From: Microbotryum violaceum
Lineage: Eukaryota
NCBI GenBank assembly: GCA_001244265.2
Contig: CDLV01000004.1
Span: forward strand, 2,046,001 to 2,110,000
DNA: 64,000 bases
Reading direction: 5' to 3'
Positions 38,546 through 50,099 of this stretch are shown piece by piece (the first letter of the stretch is position 1; every line of letters starts with the position of its first letter). The position numbers and the translations under genes were made by a program. Under the pieces are notes generated by a model. The model did not search any database. It had not been told where the DNA came from and saw only the letters and a list, made by a program, of their open reading frames with translations.

Positions 38546-41180
38546 CATCGGCGCGCCTGGGCCAGTTGCCCTCCGAAATTTCAGGGCCATTTTGGGTTGG
38601 TTCTCTGTAGCGTGGCAAGTATTTACGATTATCCAGAACGCAGAAAGGTCATTGATATTCTACTAAAAAAAAGGCCTGTGCCGAACGGCAAGAGGATACC
38701 CCATCTGTAGACGAAGCTATATTGATCTGAAGTGTGTAAATTTGGTCAATTTGGTCCCAAGTGGTCCGAGCGGCAGCACGCTCCTGCAGCCGCGGGCTTG
38801 CGCACTTCGGCGTGTGCGCATCGGTTTCTCTCCCGTCCCATTCCGCATCACTCGTCTTCCCGGTACTATGCTCTTCGCTTGTTCTCGGTGCAACACCGCG
38901 CTTCTCCCAGAATGACGCGGAACCGCAGACGCTATGACTCGACGACTCGCCAGGATCGCCGCCGTCAGGCGGATCTATTCGCTCGGTTTCGGCTTCACAA
39001 GCTCTCGCTATGTCAATACCTCTCGTGGTGTTTCAGCCCATCAACGCAACACGATGGTGCACAATCATAGGCCAAAGCTCTTCAACAGTAATTGGACCCG
39101 GCTCAAGCATGTACTTGATCTCATTATACAACTCCAACTCGCCCGCGAAGATGGCCCAGACGCACGAGGCCGAATCAATAATTGGATCGCCAACCAGGTG
39201 GGTAACACTCCTGCATATCAGATCAGTATACAAGACCGCGGCAGGGCCTCTTGAACACTTGCATCCTACCTGTGCAGTCTGACTCAATCATTGTGAAAGA
39301 GATGAAACGAACCAAATCCGCCTTCGTCTCCAGCCACGACATGGCTCCTGAAGTCTTGGCATCTGATCAGATTGACGCACGCCTCGACGCAATAGTCGAA
39401 AGCAGCTCTTTCATCAGTGGACGCATCCGCAACCTCTTGTCTCACTGCGGAGACCCACCACCAGTCGAAGAATCAAACTGCGACAAACTCAGCTCGGATT
39501 CTACGGACGTTGACATGGAGGACGTTCAAGAGGATAGCTCTGGGTCGGATGCAGAATGGGGGCGTTTCAAGGAGCAACATGTATCATTTGTGCGTAGTTA
39601 TGACCTGAGCTTAGCCCCTTGGTCAAAGTCGAATTAATGATGGCGTTTATTGACTTGCCGCAGTTTTGTCGCTCGATAACGGGTCAGATCGCCTTCGCGT
39701 GGTCAGATCGCCTTCGCGTGTAACCGAAGAAACAATGCTATGCAGCATCGTAACGGTCTCATGGCTCTCGCATGTGGAGCGAACGATCGGTTGAAGACGT
39801 TCCTGTACGACTGTGGCCTCATGAAATCTCGCCGTACAACTCGACGAGCAGCTTTGACCCTGACAATGGCCAATCTGGCGTTGCTGAAGGAGATCGGGTC
39901 AACCCGCTACTTCCATGTCACTCTTGACAACATCGACGCTGCACATCACGTCAATGACGAACAACTTGATCGACGTTCCGAGCTGCTTCATGGGACTTTC
40001 AGATATGCGCACGTTCAGAGTGTAGACGTGGCCAACGCGTACGACCTTCAAGCATACATTGCGCATCAAGCATTGTTACCTCCGGTCGATGTAAACCTTC
40101 TCTTGCCCGCTGAAGCGTCTGAGGAGGCTTTCGCCACAGGGTTTTCCGCCCAGATGTATCGAGCGCTTGCCCGACTGGTTCCTCATCTCGGCCTCACGCT
40201 TCACGATCCTCGGTGCAGACCAGAGCCAATCGAACAACTGGATGTCCGAAAACCCGACATTACTTTGCTTCAGATGATGGACGAATCCGATACGTCCACC
40301 GCAGATGTAGCAAAGTCATTGACCGTCTGCGGATGCAACTCGGACTCTCGGAGAAAGAATACGCGGAATCTCTACGGATACTCGAATGTGATGGCGGGAC
40401 CTCAATGCTTGTCGAGTCACTTCGTAGGAACCGCTTTCCGTTTCGACGACTGTACGATGGACTAGGGACTACAATCACAGTTCCAGACGTGGCTCATTTG
40501 CAGTGGTGCATTGGGGCAGCAATCTACCGACGATACTTTGGGGACCGTTGGAAGGATCGAAATATCGAGGGTCATCACCGCTAATCTACTTGGCCACAAA
40601 GGACTGGACCCCCAAAAAATCAGGGACTACAACCAGATGGAAAGGCTGCTTCGAGACACCGCTCAACTGGAGCTGTTGAGCTGTCTTCTGTGAGTGATAT
40701 GGTCCCAAACTATGCACATAAAGCCAAGGGCAAAATGATGTTATGCGCTGCTAACAGCTCGTTCTGTTATGCATGCAGACAAGAACTTGGCCTCAAATCA
40801 ATTAACGAGCTCAGACAAACCCACCTCACTGGACTCGATGTCGCGATCATGAAGGTCTTCGATCGATACTTGCATTCTGACGCTGTGCAGCAAGCAAAGG
40901 TGAACATGGAAAAGGCTTCCGTGTTCTATGAATCGCTCCTTCGGCTGCGCGACTTGGTCGATTTCGAGGAAGGGTATTACGCCGCTTTGCAAGGAGACAT
41001 TGGTCGACTCATACATCGTTGGGAGCGCATGTCTCCCTTCCTCCAGGCCGCTGAAGGCGTTTCCCACTACCGAACGCATCTGCCACACTTACTTCTTCTC
41101 AAGTCCTCGCCAAATTTGTCGACCAAGAGGAGTCTGAGCTTCTTGCGTAACTCAATCGGGTCAACTCGATCTTCTTGAGT
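38546..41180 (+). mobile_element. AcademH-like DNA transposon remnant 2 (TIR plus DUF6589-like transposase pseudogene), right part lost
   Basis: CATCGGCGCGCCTGGGCCAGTTGCCC terminus; transposase-like motifs TLDNID, CDGGT, PDVAHLQW, GDIGRL...HY; frameshifts and introns. Confidence 0.7.
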
Positions 41181-41289
41181 CAATTGTGATCTCCAGTGAG
41201 CAGCCCGAGAGCGAGGGGTAGGCAGTTCGGGGGTTGTGTTGGTTGATTGTGTTGAATTGCATTCTGCCTATCCTTCGAACACTCCCACT

Positions 41290-41810
41290 CGGACCGCCGT
41301 TTGACGGACTTGCCCGCCTTTCGCCTCGGGCGCCTCTTCCCCTCGGCGCTTTTCTCGCCTCGGGCGCCTTTCGTCCTCGCAGCTAAGCCGCCCCCTTGTC
41401 TTCGCCCAAGCCGCCGCTCAGTCTTTCGCCTCGGCGCCTTCGCCTCCGCGGCCAAGCCGCCCCCCAGTCTTTCGCCTCGGCCTTCGCCTTTGCAGCCAAG
41501 CCGCCCCCTTGTTCGCCGCCCCCGCGCCAGCCTGTACAACTCACGCTCGCGCGCCGCCGCCTCCACATCAGGACTCAGTCGACCCGCCCTCCAGTCTTGC
41601 CAAGCCAATGCCTCCGCCTAGTCACCTCCAACTTGCCGCCGCCGTTCTCGTGTTCCATCGGCCATCCAGAGTATCGCCCATGCACGACGCCCGCCGTTCG
41701 CAACCTGGACTCGTCACTACGGACTCCCTCGCTTACCAACACTCGACATTGTGGATATGTTTCCCTTGTGCCTGTCGTCCAACACGACTCCTCCTAGATG
41801 GTCCGCTTGG
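41290..41810 (+). mobile_element. Probable Helitron 5' fragment
   Basis: Low-complexity AKPPP repeats, then ...SSNTTPPRWSA, resembling the RepHel N-terminal Cys region. Appears to continue at 48566. Confidence 0.4.
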
Positions 41811-41867
41811 AGTTCGGCCTTGAAGCTTCGCGGCAAGCCCGCCCAATTTGCAGTAGATCCTTTGCGC

Positions 41868-44800
41868 AGGACCCCCGAAAGCCCAGCCAGAGGCGCATGC
41901 GAAAAAACGCCCTTTTTTGGCCTTTTTGTCAAAGTTTTTTACCCTATTTTGGCCCCAAAATGTCAAAATTTCGCATGCGCCTCGGAAATATTATCAAAAT
42001 GTGTTCTACATGCTCCAAAAATCGCTCAAAAGTCCTCGAAAACGCGTTCCGAGCGTTTGCGGGCGCGCCGCGGCCTATCGAAAGTGGCTTGCGGGCGCGC
42101 GTCGCTTCGGCTGGTGTTGCGCGTGGCTCCAGGCTTCGAACAAGCCTTCCTTGCTTTGCTGGCTGGCTCGCTGCTTCGTTGTCAGACTTCCTTTTTGCTG
42201 AAGTTGAGCTCCTTGTTTCCGCGGTGGCATTTGTGCGACTTGTAGAGGTTCTGCCGGCGGCATCTCGCAGGCCGGGCACGCTCCGAAGGGCGGCAAACCT
42301 TTGCTCGGCATGTGCGCTCGTGCTGATTAGGCGCTCGTCCGGGTAACATGAGGAAGGTCCGTGGTTGAACGATATGTAGTCGTTGACGGGCCTAATGACT
42401 CGATGACCTGTCGACCATCAATCATGGGGAACGGCATAGTGCCATCAATGAGGTGTGTGGAATAGCATGTTTTCTTGATGAGGCGAAGCTCCTGTACGAC
42501 GACATTTGAGAGCAGAACCAACGAGGCGAGCGTGTCTTGGTTGCAGTGGTTTGTTGTCACTTTGCTGTAGATGTATCGCACTGTAGGACACAAGACTTGT
42601 GTCAAACGAGAACTTCACAGCTCAACTGCCACTCAAAACAATGTACCAATTCCGATAGACAGCGCTTCTTCTCCATAAGCAGTTTGATCGCAGCTGAGTG
42701 AATGCATGCCACGCTTGAGGCCAAAGCAGCAATCTCCAATGGTGTGGCAGCGGTTACAGCTCCGTCAAGCGATCCAAAATGAGGATAGCGTTGTGCTAGC
42801 GCTCCATACTGCTTGTCTCTCTCAGGGAGCTTTTCCTAAAAGTATAGGACCGGCAAAACATTAGATCCAGCTGCCTTCGTTCCTAAATTCAGCAACAACT
42901 CACTTGAATGCGGCCGTCCTCAATATAGGCGCTCTTCTGAATCTCGTTTGTTGTGAGCGCTCGGGCCACCTGACCACCTCCAGTCCAGCGAAAGCTCCTT
43001 GCGGTGCCCGCAATGTCTTCGAAGCGAGATGGTCCCATGGACTGCACCAACCCTTTCAAGACGCGTGAATGTACTGCACTGCGTCCTTGCTCTGTATTGC
43101 TAATCTCTAAGCCTGCCTCTCCGCGACTTGTGTCGCTCAATTCCATTGGCCTCCCTTTGAGTAGAACAACTCTGAGGTGGCTACACTCATGAGCAGCTCG
43201 ATGGGCAATCAAGCTGGCCCAGTTCAGCGAGAAACTGGTATCGCGAGCATCAACAAGAGGCGGAAGTTTCAAGTGTGTAGGCTGTATAGTACCGAAGATG
43301 CATGAGTTCAGATCGAAATTACGCTAGTTAAGCTTGGTAGACGCACGATTGGACGTAATGAGCTGTTTGCCTTCTCAATGGTCTCGAGTACGTAGCGTTC
43401 CTCAGCTTGTCTGTCAGCTTCGTCGTAAGCGATTTGCACGTCGAGTCTGGCCAATGAGAAAGGAGAACCATATGAGGTCCGGATTAAAAGGTAGAAGAAC
43501 GCTTCAGCGCACATGGCACAGTGAAGTGTCCACTCACAAGGCTGCCTCAACGTCAAAGTCCAGAGCTGCAAGCGATCGAATTGCACGGTCGACAGCTTCC
43601 CGCTCGTTTGGGTCCAGTTTCACAACACCTTGGCACGTGCTACGTCGCATGCCATCAAGAGCAGAATCCAGCAATTCGGTGCGGAGCAGACCTTGATCTT
43701 CCTTGGTAGGATGATGGTCTTCAAGATCTACTTCAAGTGGGCATGGTATCCCGTGTCAGATACGCATCACTTGTAGACCAAGTCGTTCGGAACTACCTTG
43801 AACTGTTGTGCCATGGGCGAGTACGTCAATTGACGAGTATGTCAGGTTGCGGACCTTGGTTGCGTCTGTTGGACGCGATGCGTTGCACAGGCTCCCACAT
43901 GTGTAAACCTGAAAGCAGTTCACGCGCAGTATTTGCCGCTGCAAAACTGGTGAGAGAGATGTCGCCATCACTGGGGTACGTTCGCATCGCAACAAGGTCA
44001 AGATCGTCGAGGTCGTTGTAGGTATGATGGTAGCCTTGACGTGATCCCGCCGCCTCGGTCTTAAACTTCCTCACGAGCTCCAAGAGTGCAGTGACTTTGC
44101 CAGTTGCCTGTCGGATTCTAGCCGGGTTAACTACTGTATATATTAGATTGATTTATGAAGAACGCACCTGCAAGGACTCTAGAGCATCGAACTCCTTTAC
44201 AATCTGGCGTATACCCCGAAGAAGTGCTCCACCAATTCTGTGCCATGCCGCCAGGGAATGAACGATTCCTTCGGCCAAAAATCTCGGTAGTTGCGGACGA
44301 GAGCAATCGTTGAGTCAACCATCTTCCTGACCCCATCAAGCGTTTCTTTGGCGAGGAACGAGTGAGAGCTAGATCCGGGGCGACTTCGGACAAAGTCATA
44401 CCACGCCTCGAACGTATATCTGACAACGAGCAACATCCTGATACGTTCAAGGGGCTGAAGCGACCGGTTCTGGATGGCATCGTGTAACTCGCCACATAAG
44501 AAGAGATATATGACCGCATCGGGGTCGAGTTTTTGTCTTCAGCGAGTTCGGTTACGAGTTCGAGCGTCGCCTTGGAGAATGCCCGATGTGTTGCATTGTC
44601 GTCTTGGCGATCACGCCCGACCACATCACGACAAGACAGAGTACGACGCGACTCCAGTCCGCCCAGGATGGTGAGCATATCCTGGTAGGCAATGCATCCG
44701 AGACCACCGAACAGCAATCTTGCTCCAGAGTCGATAGCGTTCCTCAGACATTTGGCCAGGTGTTTTTCGTCCCGACATAAGACTATCGGCGTTCCCGCGA

Positions 44801-47800
44801 CGTTGACGGTCGATATAGTGATCTCAGGAAACACTCCGTCCAGATCTGGGGAGGGGAGGGTGTATGATGACGCGTTCCTTGATCCGGTTTGAGCAACAGC
44901 GCCACCCTGATCGCGCAAAAGGACGGCAACATTACGTTGCAGCACACCCTCGCTTGCCGCACCATCTGCGGAGATGGATACCAGAAGGTGTGCGACGCAA
45001 CGTTTTATTAATTCTTGTATCACTGAATGTAACTGTTCGGTCACGTCCTCCGCGTTCGTAGTTTCGCCGATCACAAAAGCGGCACACACCTGTGCTGGGG
45101 AGCCAACATCGTTCGGTGCTATCATGTAAGCTCGGATCTGAATGAAGAGGCGACACATGTTGAAGCCTCATGGAAATGAAGTACAAACTTAAAAGAATCA
45201 TTGCCACTCACTTTGGTTCCAGCAACCGGGGGTCAGGTCCGCTGAACATATCAGGGAATTCACCCGGAGTTTCGTAGATGCGTGGCGGACCAATTGATCC
45301 GATCAGCTCGTGGCGGAATATGCCCTTTGTACGTAGCTCGCGCTCTAAACTGAGGTCTTCTGAGTAGTATGGAGTGGTTCGCATCCTGGACCGACACTTC
45401 GTGTCGTCTACGTGCAAATTGAACGTTAGGCCGTCTGCTTCGAGTTTCGCGCAGACACGATCCATGTTGGACTTGTCGAGGCCGAGGCGCATCCTGCCTG
45501 ATGTCGCTCGGTCCATTCTGCAAGCACCTCGATCATTCAGTATGAGGTTGAATTGAAGGAACGAAAGAATGACAGTACTCACTGCAGTTTTCGGCTTGTG
45601 GATGCGCCGATTGTAGCCTGCAGCACTCTCAGAGCCATCGGAGACGCCAGCGCCATGGCTTGCTCGAAGTCACGCAGCGCTTCGGACTGCACAAAGCCTC
45701 GCATCGATTTGCCCTCGACCATCCGATCGTGCTTGACCGTAGCCGCTTTCACCAATCCCTCCAAGATGTTCGCTCCGTCAAATTCTCCTGAGGCCACACC
45801 TTGCGCGAATTGTAGATACACGGTCCCTTGACCGTTGTCATCCAGGATCTCTTCTAGTCCATGATGTCGCCGGTAGATGGCCGAGAGAAGTGTATCGCCC
45901 GCGACATATTTCTTGTTGGTGTATTTGCGAGTTGCGCCAGCAGCATATTGACGTCGAAGAGCTGCTCGACAGGATGAATCCTTAGGAAGCCTCGCGCATT
46001 CTTCACACGGTAAGCTTGGTCCGTCCTTGTTGATCGAATCTCGAGCGCTATACTTGCGACAATTCACACTGATGATGCGCGGTGCTCGATGATCGTTGCG
46101 CCACTTCCATTCATTCGCTTCCAATTTGTCCACCTCCTTCCTCTCGAGCTCCGTCATTGGTCGTTTACCAATTTTGGGATAGAGGCGCAAACAAAGCGTC
46201 CGTCGAGGAGGGGCCCCGCCACCCTGCGCTGCAGTTGATGAAAGATAATGCATCGCCGATTCAGACGTAAGGCCGGGGCACGGTCCTAGCGAGGGGCTGG
46301 TAGCAGTTGAGCCAGAGGCGATAGGTCTGAAGAAATTGCTGATGGGTTGGGGTTGACACACTTCTTATTGCCGAGAAGTAATTGAAATCGTGCCTTGTAC
46401 AGCAAGGCCGCCATTGGAACCAAGACATAACAACGTCCACACCGCACGTACTTTGGATTGTTGACGTTGACATTCGATCCCGGGCAAAGATCTTTGACTT
46501 TTTCAGCAAACCTCCTGAAAAGAGGCGGATGGTCGTGAGCCCACGTCGTATGCTCCTCGGGGGTGAGCTCTCGAGCTTTCGTCGGCTTCGATACCTTGGT
46601 GAAGGTCGTTTGAAGTCGAGAAGATGGCGGGTTTTTTGAGGATGATGCGACTCGTTGATTTGTTGGCTTGATTGTCGCTGCCTTGCCGAACTCTGCCGAC
46701 GTGCTCTTGCTGCTCAGTGTTCCGGCAGCGGATCCCCTCCCAGACTTTGCCTTGGATTTTGCGCCCGTGGCAACGATGGATTCGATCTCTTTGGGATCCT
46801 CGACAGCACCAACCAGAGAGGATAAACGACAGAATTGACGGAGCCGTGACATGTGAGCGCGCGCTGCGTTGAATGACCCAATCCCGAGCACCTCCGTCTC
46901 CACTGCATTGATGGTAGCCGGCCCGCACGAGTAGCTGTCTTCCTGTTGTTCCGCCTTAGGAGTATGAGGGAACTCGTTTTTGATGTCCAGCTTCAGAAAT
47001 TTGAATAGCGTAAGGACGGCCGTCCGAGTAGCCGCGGTGATCGGAGTGGCGGAGAGTGAGTTGATCACAGACCATGTCCGCTTGTGCATGTTGATGCGGG
47101 CCAGGACCCAATGGCTGTCGGAGCAGAGGGGTAGAAACCAGATTGACTTTGAAGTCGGCGTGTTGCGCATGCAATCGCCTAGCTCGATGAGATTCCGATA
47201 CTGGTTTGGCGGGCCGAAAAAGCAGGCTTTGAAGACCGAATGAGGATCCGAGTCGGGAGGGCGAGCCATTACCAAGGAGATGACGGTGGAGGGTACAAGT
47301 CCATACGATGTTTCGAAATCGGGATTCTGCACTCGTTCAGCTCGAAGGACGCTTTCAATTGACAAGTTCACCGCGGCTTCACCGAGCCAATCATGACCTG
47401 GGTAGAGACGCGAATAAGCAAGTTGCCTCAGATACGAGATGAATACAAGTGGCCAGCTGAAGGATTGGTGTACTAACTTAAGAATTTCAGGGGATCAACC
47501 AAACTCGTTCCATTTGCAAGAAGAGGCAATGGTAGAAGCCCGTCTTGCTCTTGCCATTGCAATCCGTTCAGTATGCGACGTGCGACAGCGATACGGTTGC
47601 GGTCAATTTCGTTGATAACGATAATTTTGTCCATCCATCGTTGAGCTCGCAGCGCCCAGCTTTGAACGTCTTTTGCTCGGTCGTACTCTGACCATAGCCG
47701 ATCGGCGCCGAGCGGCAAACACGTCGACCCGACGGCCAAAGATCGATATCCTGGCTTGCGTGCATTGATCAGAGCATCGGTAGCGAGAAACGCGTCTCTG

Positions 47801-48422
47801 GTCTGAAGAGTCGGGTAGGGTAAGTTCGAATACTGGGTGGGCTCGTTTTTGGACAACTCGATGTGAAGAGACGCGTCGGCGGGAGCGACATCGAAGGCGA
47901 GGAGCTCGGCAACCGTTATGTTGGTGAGCGGCGATAATCGATCAAAGTCATCGTCGTGCAAATAGTAGTCCTGATCTTCGTCAAGAAACAAGCATGGAAT
48001 CATTTCGTCGTGCTATGCTCCAGTGTCAGAACGAAGTGAAGCGGAACGGAACCTCAGGGGCCCCGTCATTTTTATCTTACTCGATAGGGGAATCTAATCC
48101 CTAATATTCTCTAACAGCCACTGAACTAAAGTGATTAGCGAAAATGGCTAGTGACTTGTTCAAGCGCGAGCATCGCGAAGCGCGTTTCGAAGCGAAGGCA
48201 AACGGGCCCAAAGCGATGCCGTAGGCTGCTCAGGGTAGGCCAAAATTGGGCCGACTCACGGGAAAATGTCAAAATCTGGGCATGCGCCTCGGGGCGAAAC
48301 GTGTGTTTCGTCCCAAAATGTCAATGTTTTGCGATGCGCCTCGACGATTTTCAGGATTTTGGGTCCTCAAAATGTCCAAAAAAAAAAAAAAAAGCGCCTC
48401 CGGCTGGGCTTTCGGGGGTCCT
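41868..48422 (-). mobile_element. TIR DNA transposon (6.55 kb) encoding a Ulp1-like protease and a P-element-like DDE transposase
   Basis: 29-bp TIR AGGACCCCCGAAAGCCCAGCC(A/G)GAGGCGC (28/29 match); CGC on both flanks; one long minus-strand intron-containing gene. Confidence 0.85.
42330..48003 (-). pseudogene. Multi-exon gene: N-terminal domain, Ulp1/C48 peptidase, Cys clusters, P-like transposase and C-terminal domain (some frameshifts)
   Basis: WLGEAAVN, SHW, INSL, QEDSYSCG; LHVDDTK (~45405), SADG (~44965), DEKHLAKCLRN (~44765), ELVEHFFG (~44228). Confidence 0.75.
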
Positions 48423-48425
48423 CGC

Positions 48426-48565
48426 CTATGCTAACTTGCCAATGCTAACTTCCCCCACCTTTCTGCCAACTTCCCCCACGCCTCTGCTAACTTCGCCAGC
48501 TTCATTGCCTAAGCGGGCCTCAAGCGCGCGCGCGCGCCTGAAGTTAGCGAAGTTAGCACTCCCTG
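48426..48565 (-). mobile_element. hAT-like element end (CAGGGAGTGCTAAC terminus) with GCTAACTT repeats
   Basis: The minus strand begins CAGGGAGTGCTAACTTCGCTAACTTC; multiple gctaactt/gccaactt subterminal repeats. Confidence 0.4.
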
Positions 48566-50029
48566 GACATCGCCAGCGCCCCCGACTTTCTATCCGAGAC
48601 CGTCCTGGAATTCCTTCCCGATCTTGGATGGTCCCACATGCTGAACTGTGCGACCCACCTACACAGACGCTAAAGCATTCCGCGAGAATGCCCGGTCTTA
48701 CAACAACGCACTATCCTTTACTTCGCTCGCTGCCCACTGCGACCAAACCCAAGTGGGCACGCTAGGACCCCCCGTGTTTGGTCGCCTCTACCATCGACTC
48801 GGCGCCCTGATCCCTGCCGTGACTAAACGCCCAACCTTTGCTCAAACATGGCTGATCGACCCGGCCGAGGCCACCGACACTCGACTTGGACCCGACGGCG
48901 CAGACAGTCACATGCAACGATCTACTTTGACCAAGCTCGAGTCCATGTTGCGTACCAAGAATCACTTTGTGAGGGAGTTCGCATCGGCCAAAGCTCGCGC
49001 AGGTTGGGATACGACCAAAGAGTGGATCCTGCGCCTCTGCCTCCCGCCAGGCCGGGACCGACGCACCCACAACCCTCCTACGTCGAGCACGGAAATGGCG
49101 ATGCTTATCTGCGGTTCCGACACCAACACCGGAGATCGTGGACCGCAAGACCTTATTCTCCAGGTGCACGGTGATCGATGTCCCGATGGTCGGCCCAAGT
49201 ACCAAACCGTTAGCTCGCTCCATCCGTCTGCGATGCCTCTCCGGTACCCACTACTCTTCCCCGCGGGGGAAGATGGCTTCCACCCCAACATTCCTCTTTG
49301 CGGTTTCAACCAAGCTGGGCCGCCCATCGCCAGAAACCGAGAGCAGATCGACAATGGTGTCCAATTGCGCGAGCTACTTGCCGGCCTTGGTCCAGATGAA
49401 GAAGACGAAGAGGAGGACGAAGACCGCGACGATGAGGATGAAGACGGCGAGGAAGGGGACGAAGAGGATGGTGATGGCGAACGTACGCGTCTTCGGCTCT
49501 TTCTCTGATGTTCCATTCTACCGAAGGCGCAAGCACAGACTGACATTGAACTTTTGAACACCTAGGACGAAGGTCAAGTAAAGGGGTCGAGGTGGCGAGT
49601 CTCGCGTTCACAATTCTTTGCGCACTACTTGCCAAATGCGACGAGCACTTCTCAATCCCGCATTGCACCCAACGTCCCTTCCTGGAGTTCGTGAATTACG
49701 GATATACTCCCAAGTCAAAACCGGTTGACTCAACACATCCGGTTACATCAAGAGAACCTACGCCTCACCACAACCCAAGGCATCAACGGCTTGACCCCGA
49801 ACCAAATCGCGACATCACGCAGCGATACCAGGATGCGATGGCGTACGTTGTCAAACACGGAAAGCCTCCGCTGCTCATCACGATGACGTACGATCCCGAC
49901 TCACCGGAAACCAAGGCTGCACTGGGGCCGTTAAAGCATGCAACCGTCCGGATCTCATTGCACGAGTGTTTGAAGCCAAGTCCGGCAACAAGCGACATGC
50001 AGGCTGTTTCGGCAATGAATGTAAGATGA
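48566..50029 (+). pseudogene. Helitron RepHel fragment
   Basis: FRENARSYNNALSFTSL, GRLYHRLGAL, PLRYPLLFPAGEDGF, YQDAMAYV.KHGKP.LLITMT (Rep motif 1). Confidence 0.88.
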
Positions 50030-50099
50030 ATAGATTTTGTTTCTTTGCTGTATTTCGTATTGTCTTAACCTCTGCGCTGATATCATGTAGACTGTTCGA

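Noticed and set aside
39682-39719. 19-bp tandem duplication (similar 21-bp one at ~54150-54193)
   Set aside because: Ordinary slippage duplications in decaying TE genes.
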